Shown piece by piece: positions 48,761-59,162 of a stretch of 64,000 nucleotides of DNA; positions within the stretch are counted from its first letter, which is position 1; each line of letters begins with the position of its first letter. Under the pieces are notes generated by a model, which had not been told where the DNA came from, did not search any database, and saw only the letters and a program-made list of their open reading frames with translations. Source of the DNA: a virus (Duplodnaviria > Heunggongvirae > Uroviricota > Caudoviricetes); IMG/VR virus record IMGVR_UViG_3300003848_000002, positions 15,547 through 79,546 of that record; one strand, 5' to 3'. The translations under genes and the position numbers were made by a program.

Positions 48761-49126
48761 ATGAAACGGATCTCGTTAATCGCATTATTGATGCTTCCCA
48801 CTTTAGCCCAGGCTAACAGCCTGAAAACGTTGCAGTGTCACGCTGCCATCGTTCATTCAGTTGGAGAGCGAATCACTGGAGTTTCAGAGCGGATGACCGG
48901 TGTGCTGGTCGTTGACAGCGGTATGGAGTTTTACGCGCTGCTCGGCTCTACGATTTACAAGTCTCCCCCGCTGAAATCGCGGAAGAAGATGAAATTTGGT
49001 GTTGGCTCGGATGGCCAGACCTTTATTAAAAAGGATGCCGTGTACAGCGTGTCTTCTCAGGACACTAGTATCATATTTGACGAGTGTTCCGAGGTTAGTA
49101 ATGATTTACACCATGCAGAAAAGTGA
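48761..49126 (+). CDS. secreted/periplasmic protein (signal peptide MKRISLIALLMLPTLAQA)
   Basis: Internal Met begins a clear Sec signal peptide. Upstream in-frame extension (48659) is possible. Confidence 0.35.
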   Translation: MKRISLIALLMLPTLAQANSLKTLQCHAAIVHSVGERITGVSERMTGVLVVDSGMEFYALLGSTIYKSPPLKSRKKMKFGVGSDGQTFIKKDAVYSVSSQDTSIIFDECSEVSNDLHHAEK

Positions 49127-49313
49127 GATCCAAAAAGAGAGCGGTTACTGGCGCGCAAAGGGCTTTAAGCGTGAAGGGAACGAAGAGCTTCTGGATCGCT
49201 GGGACTGCACCATCACCTTCAAGCGCAAGCAGTGGCAGCACTTCGATAAGCTGAAAAACGAAATGACGATCACCGCACCGACACTCTTTGGGCTTCTTAA
49301 GAAAATCATCTAA
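49101..49313 (+). CDS. hypothetical small protein
   Basis: RBS GAGG precedes ATG 49101. 70 aa. Confidence 0.3.
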   Translation: MIYTMQKSEIQKESGYWRAKGFKREGNEELLDRWDCTITFKRKQWQHFDKLKNEMTITAPTLFGLLKKII

Positions 49314-49580
49314 CTGGTTATCAAGAATTGACTGAGGTATGTGGCTATTACATACCGCAGTCAATGGCATTTGCCGAAGTACGCAACTCTACATACCGCA
49401 GTCAAGAAATCACATATTCTGGTTGGTTCAGGGTGGTTTTCATTGACTGCGGTATGCATATTACGTATCGCAGTCAAGATGGGATGTGAGACGCATATCT
49501 CAGTGAAGATTGCATACCGCAGTCAATATCACATACCGCAGCCAATAAACCGCATATCGCAGTCAATAAACTGCATACCT
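49311..49580. repeat. iteron array (~10 copies of CATACCGCAGTCAAT-type 15-19 bp repeats, both orientations)
   Basis: Copies at 49311 (inverted), 49341, 49381, 49428 (inverted), 49454, 49483, 49502, 49521, 49540 and 49562, with irregular spacing. Confidence 0.8.
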
Positions 49581-49583
49581 CAG

Positions 49584-50603
49584 TCAATTTTCGGGTTTGG
49601 ATTTAGCGAGGGCTTCTGCCAGTTTGACGGGATCTATACCTGCAGTTTTCAAAGCCTTAATGACTTCGTCGTAGTTCTCTTCTGACGGCGGCTGCTCTTC
49701 AACCTTTTGTTTAGGCAGCTTAGAAGTCTGGATCAGCTTCGGATTGCGGTAGTGAACGACGAAGAAGGTGGAGTTTCCGCGTTTGGTTTCGGTGTATTCG
49801 AGGTACCCGATTTCTTTCAGTTGCTCCATGGCCTTTCTAACAGTGTGATTTTGCGTGTAAACGCTTGAAGTCAGGTTAAGCCGGTCACGAAGGCGCTTCA
49901 TCGAAATGGGAGCGTGGTTCTGGGGTAGACTTTCAATGAAGGTGTACAGAGCCTGGGCTGATTCTTTACGTGGCAGTGCATCAATGGCTTTAAGTCGAAG
50001 CAGCACACGCCTGTCCATGTCATAGAGTTCGAAGAGCTTAGGCTCAGCTTCTATTTCAACAACGTTTTCAACGACATCGTATGAGGCTGATTTTACCAGG
50101 TGTGTCACCCACCCTTTCGTATCGTTCTGGAACTTAAGCGTTACGGATGCCAATTTAAACAGGGAGTTACTGATACGATCTCGCATCTTCTGGTTGGAAC
50201 GTCGGCTATCGAACCCACACATCTTAACGAACTCGACAAACGTGAGCTTAAGCGCACTTCCCTGCACCCCATGCTCAGCCATTGAGCGAACGATCCCCAG
50301 CCATACCTTGAAATCAGTGTCCATATCCAAACGTGACCCTGTAATTTTCACGTCGTTGTAGCCTTCGCTCTTGGCTATGGACAACTGGACAAGTTCTTCG
50401 GTCGCATCTGTGATATTTTTACGGTTGGTCTTGCTCTTACTCGTTGATTTTAGGGTAGGAACAAACAGGCCGAGACGCATGAGAGGAACCGGCTGAACAG
50501 TGCTGGAGCTGTTAATATCCAGTGAAACGATCTCACCTGTCGATTTGTTTGTTTCTTCCAAATTCATCGGTAAGGTTTTGGATTTCTTGACCATTTTATG
50601 CAC
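49584..50603 (-). CDS. repA: iteron-binding replication initiator (RepA-like)
   Basis: 339 aa basic protein flanked on both sides by its iterons (P1 R-replicon-like layout). Confidence 0.65.
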   Translation of the reverse strand: MHKMVKKSKTLPMNLEETNKSTGEIVSLDINSSSTVQPVPLMRLGLFVPTLKSTSKSKTNRKNITDATEELVQLSIAKSEGYNDVKITGSRLDMDTDFKVWLGIVRSMAEHGVQGSALKLTFVEFVKMCGFDSRRSNQKMRDRISNSLFKLASVTLKFQNDTKGWVTHLVKSASYDVVENVVEIEAEPKLFELYDMDRRVLLRLKAIDALPRKESAQALYTFIESLPQNHAPISMKRLRDRLNLTSSVYTQNHTVRKAMEQLKEIGYLEYTETKRGNSTFFVVHYRNPKLIQTSKLPKQKVEEQPPSEENYDEVIKALKTAGIDPVKLAEALAKSKPEN

Positions 50604-50629
50604 CAGCAGTTGTTCACATGCCGTAAGTG

Positions 50630-50740
50630 TAACTGCATATCTCAGTCAAGGTAAATACATACCGCAGTTAATGGATTTGCGTACCGCAGTTGGTAGGTTC
50701 ACATGTCGCAGTCATGATTCTGCACACTACAGTCAAGATC
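50630..50740. repeat. iteron array (5 copies) upstream of repA = candidate origin
   Basis: GCATATCTCAGTCAAG, CATACCGCAGTTAATG, CGTACCGCAGTTGG, ACATGTCGCAGTCATG, GCACACTACAGTCAAG. Confidence 0.75.
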
Positions 50741-50860
50741 GATCCTGTCTCAGCCCTGTGGTGGCGTGGGTTTGCGGCGATCGGGGATCTCTTTTGGATC
50801 TCCATTGGGATCACTTTAGGATCAATTTATTGGATCGACACTGTGGAAATTGGGGATAAG
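50735..50860. promoter_or_regulatory. GATC (Dam-site) cluster adjacent to origin iterons
   Basis: About 8 GATC sites in 125 bp (gatcgatc, gatcgggg, ggatctct, ggatctcc, ggatcact, ggatcaat, ggatcgac). A near DnaA box tgtggaaat is also present. Confidence 0.6.
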
Positions 50861-50936
50861 CAAAACAGGCAGTTGCAGCCTAACGCCAAATTTATGCGTT
50901 ACAGTCGCAAATATTTCCACCAGCAAGAGTAGACCA

Positions 50937-51581
50937 ATGGATCTTAAACGAACACGCTGGGTTCGCCGTCTCGAAGATGGCACCTATACCATTGAGCCAG
51001 ACAGCAAACTTAACTCCCAGAAAGAACTATGCGACCTCTGTGGAATTGCATCAAAATGCCCAATTAACGAGGCACGGCATAAGTTCAAGGCTACAGGAGC
51101 TGACTTCCACTTAAATTCTTGTCTGCGGTATGTGCCGCTTATCGCGTTTCGTAAACCGATCATCGGATTGAATGAGCCTTACTTCAACACGCTCCGAAGC
51201 GGAGTTACCTGGGTTAGCCGTGTAGAGCCAGGCAAAATCGTGTGTCTGGTAGACGCAGCGAACGGAGAGCGAATCAGGTTCGCAAAAGTGGATCGAGTAT
51301 GTTCGGGGCCCTACGAAGAAATGCTTCGAAAACACAGCCGATTCAACCACCTTTGCATGGGTGGTGAAAGCGTCGAAAAGGTTTCTGAAGTAATCCGTAA
51401 ATCCTATGGGCATTTTCTGAAGCCTGATAGTCAGCTGACGGCCATTTATCTGCGGAGCATCAGCCGTGAACATGACGTTGAATATCACACGGATCATGAA
51501 CTTGAGTTAGAAGATCCTCGGGCAAAAGCACCAGTGATAGATATGGCCTCGCTTCGCAGAAAGCACGAGAAAACGATTTGA
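50937..51581 (+). CDS. hypothetical protein
   Basis: 214 aa ORF. Confidence 0.4.
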   Translation: MDLKRTRWVRRLEDGTYTIEPDSKLNSQKELCDLCGIASKCPINEARHKFKATGADFHLNSCLRYVPLIAFRKPIIGLNEPYFNTLRSGVTWVSRVEPGKIVCLVDAANGERIRFAKVDRVCSGPYEEMLRKHSRFNHLCMGGESVEKVSEVIRKSYGHFLKPDSQLTAIYLRSISREHDVEYHTDHELELEDPRAKAPVIDMASLRRKHEKTI

Positions 51582-51654
51582 ACCTATAAGATGGGTGAAC
51601 GCACCAGAGCTTACGTTCACCCTCTTAGAGAAGCGTACAGCGGGCTTGTGCTAT

Positions 51655-52023
51655 CTACCGCTCAATCAAATCGCCATCCCCATTCATCCACATGCCATCA
51701 GCCAAATAAACCCACTCATCTGGATCATCGGTGACTCGCAGATCTTCATAGAGCGAAGTCAGGTCGCTACCAACAATCATTTGTTTGTATTTGTTGTAAT
51801 TTCTCCGAACGTCGTAATAAGTTTCAACATCGTAATCCTGTTCCCTCAGCTCATCATCTGAAGAGACATTTAGAGTTTTCTTTAGGCCTACTATGTTGAA
51901 GATCCATTTTAAGCCGTTTTTGACATAGTATGCCGACGTATAGGCGTCCTCGTCTGGCACACGTTCATAACCAAGTTTTAATGCGATCTGAATTTGTTCA
52001 GTAACTGAAAGCACAATTGCCAT
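51655..52023 (-). CDS. hypothetical protein
   Basis: 122 aa ORF on the minus strand. Confidence 0.4.
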   Translation of the reverse strand: MAIVLSVTEQIQIALKLGYERVPDEDAYTSAYYVKNGLKWIFNIVGLKKTLNVSSDDELREQDYDVETYYDVRRNYNKYKQMIVGSDLTSLYEDLRVTDDPDEWVYLADGMWMNGDGDLIER

Positions 52024-52110
52024 TATGATCCCTATTATGCTGTGTAAAACATCATCTTAGAGCGCCTTTGCTATGGAGTTAAGGAATTTAAAACTTGTCC
52101 CTCCAGATAG

Positions 52111-52125
52111 TAGGTAGTTAGCTAC
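52111..52125. promoter_or_regulatory. TAGGTAG-ttag-CTAC palindrome followed by TATAAATA
   Basis: gtaggtagttagctacttATAAATAttgc. Confidence 0.4.
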
Positions 52126-52243
52126 TTATAAATATTGCATAATAGCCAGCCTGCGAACCAACCCAATAGCCTATAGCTCTGAATTGATGGCCTATTCAGT
52201 GTTGGTAACATTGCGTTGAATTTATAACAAGCTGGAAGAACAC

Positions 52244-53329
52244 ATGACTATACCGTATGGCGTGATCTCTGATCCCCACTACCACAAATGGAATACTTTC
52301 GCGGTTTCTGACGCCAACGGGCTTAATTCCCGCCTGGCCATTCTGCTTGAATCGACAAAGGAAGCTGCGATTGCCATCAAAGAGGCTGGGGCAAAGCATC
52401 TGTTTGTTGCAGGTGATACGTTCCATGTACGCGGCACTATAACGCCATCTGTACTGCACTACGTGACGGAAACCTACAAGTGGATCATCAATGAGCTTGG
52501 CCTTGAAGTGGTCATGCTGGCCGGCAACCACGACCTCGAAACCAACGATTCTGTCTACAGCGCTAACGCAGCTGCCTCACTGCAGTCGATCGGGGTGCAT
52601 ATCGTTTGTGGGCAGCAGCCGTTCAGCATTGAAGTTGGTGATGTGAATGTTCATTTCATCAGCTGGCGTAACTCCCACGCCGAGCTTTTGAGTGATATGA
52701 AGGCGTTGCGAAATCGTCTTGAGGGCGACAACCACGACATCATCATTCATACCTCAGTCAATAAAGCGATCCCGACCATGCCCGATGTGGGCATCGATGC
52801 GCAGGAGCTGAAGGACATTGGCTTCCGCCTGGTTTTGTCTGGTCATTACCATAACCACAAAGAAGTCCTGCCCGGAGTCGTCAGTGTAGGTGCGTTAACG
52901 CACCAGAATTGGGGTGATGTTGGAACTTTGGCCGGCTACATGATCGTACAGCCAGATGGCAGTTTTACCCAGCATGAAACCTCCGCTCCAAAGTTCGTCA
53001 ACCTCGAAGAGGGCGTTGATGACAGCGAAGTACGCGGCAATTACGTTCGTTTCTACGCGACTATTGAAGCCGACGAAGAAGGCGTAAAGATAAAAAACAC
53101 CCTCAACTCCATGGGCGCCAAAGGCGTCGTGTGCAACTTCGTTCGTAAATCCTCAATGATGACCGGCTCCGCCAGCACTTCTGCTACGTCAAAGATAGAT
53201 AGCCTTGGAGAGTCAGTGAGCGCTTACTGTCAGATTATGCACGACACTGACGGCGGTTTTGATGTGAAGGCATTGGGCGCGCTTTGCAGCGACATCCTGA
53301 TTGAAGCGGAAACCGGAACTTCAGAATGA
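52244..53329 (+). CDS. SbcD/Mre11-family nuclease
   Basis: Calcineurin-like phosphoesterase motifs ISDPHY, GDTFH, GNHD, GHYH. Confidence 0.8.
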   Translation: MTIPYGVISDPHYHKWNTFAVSDANGLNSRLAILLESTKEAAIAIKEAGAKHLFVAGDTFHVRGTITPSVLHYVTETYKWIINELGLEVVMLAGNHDLETNDSVYSANAAASLQSIGVHIVCGQQPFSIEVGDVNVHFISWRNSHAELLSDMKALRNRLEGDNHDIIIHTSVNKAIPTMPDVGIDAQELKDIGFRLVLSGHYHNHKEVLPGVVSVGALTHQNWGDVGTLAGYMIVQPDGSFTQHETSAPKFVNLEEGVDDSEVRGNYVRFYATIEADEEGVKIKNTLNSMGAKGVVCNFVRKSSMMTGSASTSATSKIDSLGESVSAYCQIMHDTDGGFDVKALGALCSDILIEAETGTSE

Positions 53330-53562
53330 TCACCGGCAAATACCAGTGGGCTGTAAATATCCTGAACAACGGAGGGACGGTCACACTCCATCGTTTTACA
53401 TACCGCAGTGAACGAGTGCGCTACAAGCTCAACCGTCTTTATCGTGACGGAGTCTTAGATCGCGCTTTGTACAAAACTCACCTGGAGTTTCGTCTCAAGA
53501 AAGATCAGCCAAAGCTGACTAACCTGGCATCCAAAATAAAACATACAGAGAAAAGCACATGA
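53326..53562 (+). CDS. hypothetical protein
   Basis: 78 aa ORF, coupled on both sides. Confidence 0.3.
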   Translation: MITGKYQWAVNILNNGGTVTLHRFTYRSERVRYKLNRLYRDGVLDRALYKTHLEFRLKKDQPKLTNLASKIKHTEKST

Positions 53563-55475
53563 AATTTTTGTCAATGAAGGTTGAGAACTTCATGGCGCTG
53601 GCCGAAGCGGAAGTTGAACTCTCCGACCGCGGGCTGGTGCTGATCCAGGGTATCAACACTGACGACTCATCAGCTTCCAGCAATGGCGCTGGCAAGTCCA
53701 CTCTCATGAACAGCTTAATGTGGTGCATCTATGGCGAAACTGCCCACGGTGTGAAGGGTGAGGAAGTTCTGTCAACGGGGAACGAGAAGAACTGTCGCGT
53801 TCAAGTGACCATAGAGGACGAAGGCAAAAAGTTCGCGATCATCCGTCACCGCAACCACAAAGAGTTTAAAAACCGTCTGATTGTTCGTGGTGAAGATGGC
53901 GACATGACTAAAGGCAAAGACACGCTTACGCAGGAGCTTGTCGAACGGCTGATTGGCGCATCGAAGGAAGTGTTCACCGCATCGATTTATGCAAGCCAGG
54001 AGGCTATGCCAGACCTGCCGGGCATGACTGACAAGAACCTTAAAGCGATAGTGGAAGAAGCTGCTGGTGTTGACCGTTTGACCCGGGCGTATTCAATTGC
54101 TCGCGAACGAGCAAATGCAGCTGCCGCGCGTGTAGATAACGTTAAGACCAAGATGGAAGGCACTCTGTCGCTGGTGGACTCAGCTGAAACAGAGCTGAAG
54201 TCTGCAAAGGCATCCTCAGAAGAGTGGGAAAAGAGCCGCAGTCAGCGTTTGGAAAAGTCCCGCGAAGATCTGACCGGCGCTGAAGTTGAGCTGGCAGAGG
54301 CGGAGCTGGAGCTGCGAACCATTCCAGAACAGATCCGCGATAAGCAGAACGCCATTACCGCAGAGCGTGAAAAACTGGCAACTAAAGATGAACACGACAA
54401 AAAGCTGGTTCGTGTCCGGGCTGTTATTTCCGAAGCGGAAGGCAACATCCGTTCCGCAGAGACGTTAAAAGCGTCAGCGGTTAAACGTGCCCACAATAAC
54501 AAAGCGCAGGCTGATGCCATTGATTCCAAGGTTGGCACTCCGTGCCCAACATGCGGAAAGGCTTATTGCAGCGAAGATTTATCAACCGTTAAGGAGAACT
54601 ATATTGGCCAGGCACGCAGTGAAATTGCAGAAGCGCAGGCATCAGCAGCGACAGTGGCTGAACAGCAAGGCCGCCTTGATAAAGCGCGCGGCATCGAGCG
54701 AGCACTTATCGACGCAACACCAGACGTCTCAGCCATCGTTGCCCGAATCCAGCAGCTTAATGGCGAGCTAAGCACCCTAAATAAGCGCTCCGGTGAGCTG
54801 GGTTTGCTTGAGACCACCTTCCGCCGCGCTAAGGCTGAAGTGGATCGTGTCATGGCAGAAGTGAATCCGTTTCTGGCGAGCATTACGCGCCATGAAGAGA
54901 GCCTGCGCGCCAATAAATCTAAATACGCAGAACTTAAAACAGAACTTAAAAACCATCAGGATCAGGCTCAGCTGCTTGAGAAAGCGCGCCAGGTATATTC
55001 CCCAGCCGGTGTGCGTTCGCACATTCTCAGTTCAGTGACGCCGTTCCTGAACATGCGCACCGCCGAATATCTCAACACGCTATCTGACGGCAATATCGTT
55101 GCTGAATGGTCAACCATGGAGACCACTAAGAAAGGTGAGATCCGCGACAAATTCAACATCAATGTGTCGAAAGCAGGTTCCAGCAAATCATTCATGGGTT
55201 TATCCGGTGGTGAGAAACGAAAGGTGCGAATTTCTTGCTCACTGGCATTGCAGGATCTGGTGGCCAGCCGCGCCAGCAAAAACATCCAGCTGTTTATCGG
55301 TGATGAAATTGACGATGCGCTGGACTCAGCAGGGCTTGAGCGCTTGATGGGCATCCTTGAGACCAAGGCGCGCGAGCGTGGCACCGTGATGATCATCAGC
55401 CACAAAGAAATGAAATCATGGTTCCGCGAAACTATCACCGTTGAAGTGAAGGATGGCCGCAGCTATGTCAGTTAA
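53559..55475 (+). CDS. SbcC/Rad50-family ATPase with zinc hook
   Basis: Walker A NGAGKST, long coiled coil with CPTCGK hook, signature LSGGEKRK, Walker B LFIGDEIDD. Confidence 0.8.
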   Translation: MKFLSMKVENFMALAEAEVELSDRGLVLIQGINTDDSSASSNGAGKSTLMNSLMWCIYGETAHGVKGEEVLSTGNEKNCRVQVTIEDEGKKFAIIRHRNHKEFKNRLIVRGEDGDMTKGKDTLTQELVERLIGASKEVFTASIYASQEAMPDLPGMTDKNLKAIVEEAAGVDRLTRAYSIARERANAAAARVDNVKTKMEGTLSLVDSAETELKSAKASSEEWEKSRSQRLEKSREDLTGAEVELAEAELELRTIPEQIRDKQNAITAEREKLATKDEHDKKLVRVRAVISEAEGNIRSAETLKASAVKRAHNNKAQADAIDSKVGTPCPTCGKAYCSEDLSTVKENYIGQARSEIAEAQASAATVAEQQGRLDKARGIERALIDATPDVSAIVARIQQLNGELSTLNKRSGELGLLETTFRRAKAEVDRVMAEVNPFLASITRHEESLRANKSKYAELKTELKNHQDQAQLLEKARQVYSPAGVRSHILSSVTPFLNMRTAEYLNTLSDGNIVAEWSTMETTKKGEIRDKFNINVSKAGSSKSFMGLSGGEKRKVRISCSLALQDLVASRASKNIQLFIGDEIDDALDSAGLERLMGILETKARERGTVMIISHKEMKSWFRETITVEVKDGRSYVS

Positions 55476-56181
55476 TGAGCTGAGTTACATCCAGTTCCGG
55501 CAAGTGGTTTCTGTACTGGCATCCATTAACCTCCTGTCGGATTACGTGGACGAGCCGGTACGGCCTAAGTGGTACTTCGAGCTAAGCGAGGTAGATGACG
55601 CGCAGCGCGCCGCGTTAACGGAGTTGCTTGACGCCAGCCCGGTCATGACGACGCTGACGCATGAAAGCAACATAAAGCCGCTTATGATCAACTTAGCAGA
55701 TCCGAGCGGCTATCTGCCTCGCGAGTGCGGTCTGGTCACTCTGAGTGACATAAACACGTTGACCATGAGTATTGGCGACCCGTCACTGTATCTGGATAGC
55801 CAGCAAATCAGCGCGTTCAACACTTTTATCCGCCGTCTAAAAAACAAATCGGAGCTGGTGGCCAGCGGTGGCACTGCATTCGAAAGCGTTGCTATCAAAT
55901 TCGAAGAAGGTGATGACCTCATCCGAAACACTATTGTTGAGTTTAAGGATGGCAAAGGTGAGACCATTTTTGTCGCTGACGGCGATACACATGAAAATGT
56001 TAAGCACAATCTGCCGAAGAACTACTTAAGTGAATTGTGTGAGTTCGTTGCGCAAACAATGATGACCTCAGAGGATGATGATTCATTGTTCAATGAGCTG
56101 CTGGGCGTACCATCAAGAAGCCAGCAAAAAGATGAACCGGTTAAAACGCAGGAAGCCCACCCTCAGTGGGGAACATGGTAA
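55465..56181 (+). CDS. hypothetical protein
   Basis: Overlaps the sbcC stop. About 238 aa. Confidence 0.35.
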   Translation: MSVNELSYIQFRQVVSVLASINLLSDYVDEPVRPKWYFELSEVDDAQRAALTELLDASPVMTTLTHESNIKPLMINLADPSGYLPRECGLVTLSDINTLTMSIGDPSLYLDSQQISAFNTFIRRLKNKSELVASGGTAFESVAIKFEEGDDLIRNTIVEFKDGKGETIFVADGDTHENVKHNLPKNYLSELCEFVAQTMMTSEDDDSLFNELLGVPSRSQQKDEPVKTQEAHPQWGTW

Positions 56182-56190
56182 GGAGACCAT

Positions 56191-56760
56191 ATGAGTAAGT
56201 TGATTAAAATCGTCGGGTTAGACCCCAGCATGAGTAACTTTGGCATCGCTGCCGGCACACTCGATCTGGACACCAATGAAGTTAAGGTCACGCGCTTTGA
56301 GCTGGCTGAAACGAAGGCCGGTGGCAAGAAGAAAACGGTTCGCGTGAACAGCGACGATCTGCGCCGCGCTGGTGAGATTTGGGCGAAAGCAAAGCCAATG
56401 ATTGATGAGGCACATATCGTTTTTGCTGAGCTGCCGGTGGGTAGCCAATCGTCTCGTGCTCAAACCAGCTATGGCATTTGCATCGGCGTTCTGGCAAGCA
56501 TTCAAAAGCCGTTAATTCAGATCACCCCTGACGAAATCAAGAAGTATGTCGGCGGTAAAGCGAGTGTTGCTAAAGAGGACATCATTGAGTGGGCTACTCA
56601 GGAGCAACCAGACGCCCCCTGGCTTCGCCACAAGTCCAAAGGTGAAATGGTGCTGACCGGTAAGAATGAGCATCTTGCTGACGCTGTAGCGGCGATTTAC
56701 GTCGGTTTAGATACTGATCAATTCAAGCAGGTGGTAAGCGTACTGAAAGCAATTTTATGA
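56191..56760 (+). CDS. RuvC-like Holliday junction resolvase
   Basis: IVGLDPSMSNFGIA matches the RuvC motif I(L)GIDPG...G. Confidence 0.65.
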   Translation: MSKLIKIVGLDPSMSNFGIAAGTLDLDTNEVKVTRFELAETKAGGKKKTVRVNSDDLRRAGEIWAKAKPMIDEAHIVFAELPVGSQSSRAQTSYGICIGVLASIQKPLIQITPDEIKKYVGGKASVAKEDIIEWATQEQPDAPWLRHKSKGEMVLTGKNEHLADAVAAIYVGLDTDQFKQVVSVLKAIL

Positions 56761-56771
56761 TTTATCGTTGA

Positions 56772-56789
56772 TAGGTAGTCAACTACCTA
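56772..56789. promoter_or_regulatory. TAGGTAGT-ca-ACTACCTA palindrome (8-bp arms)
   Basis: Perfect inverted repeat. Confidence 0.45.
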
Positions 56790-56799
56790 CTATCATGAC

Positions 56800-56827
56800 G
56801 GCCACTATATGTAGTGGCCTTTTTATT
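56800..56827 (+). terminator. rho-independent terminator immediately before nrdA RBS
   Basis: ggccacta tatg tagtggcc followed by tttttatt. Confidence 0.6.
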
Positions 56828-56837
56828 GGGAAAACAC

Positions 56838-59162
56838 ATGATTAACATCCAGAAACGTGACGGGCGATCGGAGCCACTGAGCGAAGAAAAGTATAACCGC
56901 GTGGTAATGTGGGCGGTCGAAGGCGTTGAAAACGTCAGTGCATCAGCCATTGCCCTCGGTGCTTCTGCCAGCATTTTTGACGGCATGACCACCAGCCAGT
57001 TGCATGAGGCGCTGGTGAAAGCCGCAGCTGATTTGATCAGCCCGGAAACTCCGAACTACTCCCAGGTTGCAGCCCGTCTTAATCTGTTCAAAATGCGCAA
57101 AGATGCGTTTGGTCAGTATGAATACCCCGACCTGTACATGCACATCGTGAACCTCGTTAATCGTGGCATTTACGATGAAGATTTGTTGAAACGCTATCAT
57201 CCAAACGAAATTAACGAGCTGGGCAAATATCTCGATACCGCTCGCGATGATCTGTTTGGCTACGCGGCCACCGTGCAGCTGCAGGGCAAATATCTTGTCC
57301 AGAACCGCGTCACTGGAAAAATTCACGAAGCACCGCAACACATTTATATGCTGGTGGGCATGTGTCTGTTCCAGGATTGGCAGGACGGCACCAGTGGTAA
57401 AACTCGTCTGGAAATGGTCAAAGGCTTCTATGATGTCACCAGTACATTCAAGCTCTCATTGCCAACCCCAATCATGGCAGGTGTTCGCACACCGACGCGC
57501 CAGTTCTCAAGCTGCGTACTGATTGAATCTGGCGACAGTCTAAAAGCCATCAATGGTACAGCTGCCGCGATCGTCGATTACGTTTCTCAACGTGCCGGCA
57601 TCGGCATTAGCTTTGGCCGCATCCGTGCGCTGGGAAGCGAAATCCGTGGTGGCGAAGCGACCCACACTGGCGTTATCCCGTTCCTGAAGCATTTCCAGAC
57701 AGCCGTTAAATCCTGTTCTCAGGGTGGTGTCCGTGGCGGCGCAGCTACTGCGTATTATCCGTTCTGGCATCTGGAAACTGAAAGCCTGCTGGTGCTGAAA
57801 AACAACCGCGGTGTGGATGAGAACCGTGTACGTCATCTTGACTACGGTGTGTTGCTGAACCGTCTGATGTACCGCCGTCTTATTCGTGAAGAGAACATCA
57901 CTCTGTTTAGCCCGAATGATGTGCCTGGTCTTTATGACGCTTATTTCGAAGATCAGGATCTATTCGAAGAACTTTACCTGAAATACGAAGCTGACCCGGC
58001 TATTCGCAAGAAGAGTGTTTCCGCCGTTGAGCTGTTCTCTTCCATGATGCAGGAGCGCGCTTCTACCGGTCGTATTTATATCGGCAACGCTGATCACATG
58101 AACGAGCATAGCTCCTTCATCCAGAGCATTGCGCCAGTGCGTATGTCAAACCTGTGTGCTGAGATTACGCTGCCAACCAAACCGCTGGTGAAAACTGACG
58201 ATCCCAACGGCGAGATCGCTCTTTGTACACTGTCAGCGTTTAACCTCGGCGCCATCGATTCTCTGGGTGACCTGCAGGAAGTCGCATTCTTTGCAGTCGC
58301 GGCACTCGACTCACTGCTTGATTACCAAAACTACCCAATGGAAGCCGCAGAGCGTGGAGCAAAAGCGCGCCGCAGCCTGGGTATTGGTGTAACCAACTTT
58401 GCGTATTACCTGGCGAAGAATGGCTTTAAATACTCCGATCTCGAAGGCAACAAGCTGGTTCACGAAACGTTTGAAGCGATTCAGTATTACCTTCTGGACG
58501 CCAGCTGCAAATTAGCTGAAGCGAAAGGCGCGTGTGAGTGGTTCGACGAAACCAAATACTCTCTCGGCCAGCTGCCAATTGACCACTATCGCAAGTCCCT
58601 GGATGGTCAGGAGATCAATGCGAAGCATCCGCTGCTACTCCCATGGGAACAGCTGCGCCACCGCATCAAAGTGCATGGTCTGCGTAACTCTACGCTGACA
58701 GCTCAGATGCCGTGCGAAACGTCGAGCCAGATCACCAACTCTACGAACGGCATCGAGCCGCCGCGCGGCGCTGTGTCCATCAAATCCTCTAAAGAAGGCG
58801 CCATCAAAATGGTTGTGCCTGACTATGAGAACCTGAAAGGGCAATACGAATACCTGTGGGATATGCCGAGCAACTACGGCTATCTGACCAAAGTGGCGAT
58901 CATTCAGAAGTTCTTCGACCAGTCTATTTCGACCAACACGAACTATGATCCTGAGCGCTTCCCTAATGGCAAAGTCCCAATGGAAACGCTGCTTGATGAT
59001 CTGCTCACCGCCTACCAGCTGGGCATTAAAACTCTCTATTACCACAACACGCGCGACGGTGCCGGCCAAACGGAAGACACCAGCGATGTGACCAGCGCGC
59101 TCCAGGCTAATCAAGAGCCAATTCTTGACGACGAGCCTGATTGCGACACCTGCACCATCTAA
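56838..59162 (+). CDS. nrdA: ribonucleotide reductase class Ia alpha subunit
   Basis: ATP-cone IQKRDGRSEPL and RNR catalytic motifs. 774 aa. Start follows GGGAAAACACATG. Confidence 0.85.
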   Translation: MINIQKRDGRSEPLSEEKYNRVVMWAVEGVENVSASAIALGASASIFDGMTTSQLHEALVKAAADLISPETPNYSQVAARLNLFKMRKDAFGQYEYPDLYMHIVNLVNRGIYDEDLLKRYHPNEINELGKYLDTARDDLFGYAATVQLQGKYLVQNRVTGKIHEAPQHIYMLVGMCLFQDWQDGTSGKTRLEMVKGFYDVTSTFKLSLPTPIMAGVRTPTRQFSSCVLIESGDSLKAINGTAAAIVDYVSQRAGIGISFGRIRALGSEIRGGEATHTGVIPFLKHFQTAVKSCSQGGVRGGAATAYYPFWHLETESLLVLKNNRGVDENRVRHLDYGVLLNRLMYRRLIREENITLFSPNDVPGLYDAYFEDQDLFEELYLKYEADPAIRKKSVSAVELFSSMMQERASTGRIYIGNADHMNEHSSFIQSIAPVRMSNLCAEITLPTKPLVKTDDPNGEIALCTLSAFNLGAIDSLGDLQEVAFFAVAALDSLLDYQNYPMEAAERGAKARRSLGIGVTNFAYYLAKNGFKYSDLEGNKLVHETFEAIQYYLLDASCKLAEAKGACEWFDETKYSLGQLPIDHYRKSLDGQEINAKHPLLLPWEQLRHRIKVHGLRNSTLTAQMPCETSSQITNSTNGIEPPRGAVSIKSSKEGAIKMVVPDYENLKGQYEYLWDMPSNYGYLTKVAIIQKFFDQSISTNTNYDPERFPNGKVPMETLLDDLLTAYQLGIKTLYYHNTRDGAGQTEDTSDVTSALQANQEPILDDEPDCDTCTI

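Noticed and set aside
49311-49580. Repeat array considered as a possible CRISPR array
   Set aside because: The repeats are 15-19 bp and imperfect, occur in both orientations with irregular spacing, and flank a rep gene. This is iteron architecture, not CRISPR.
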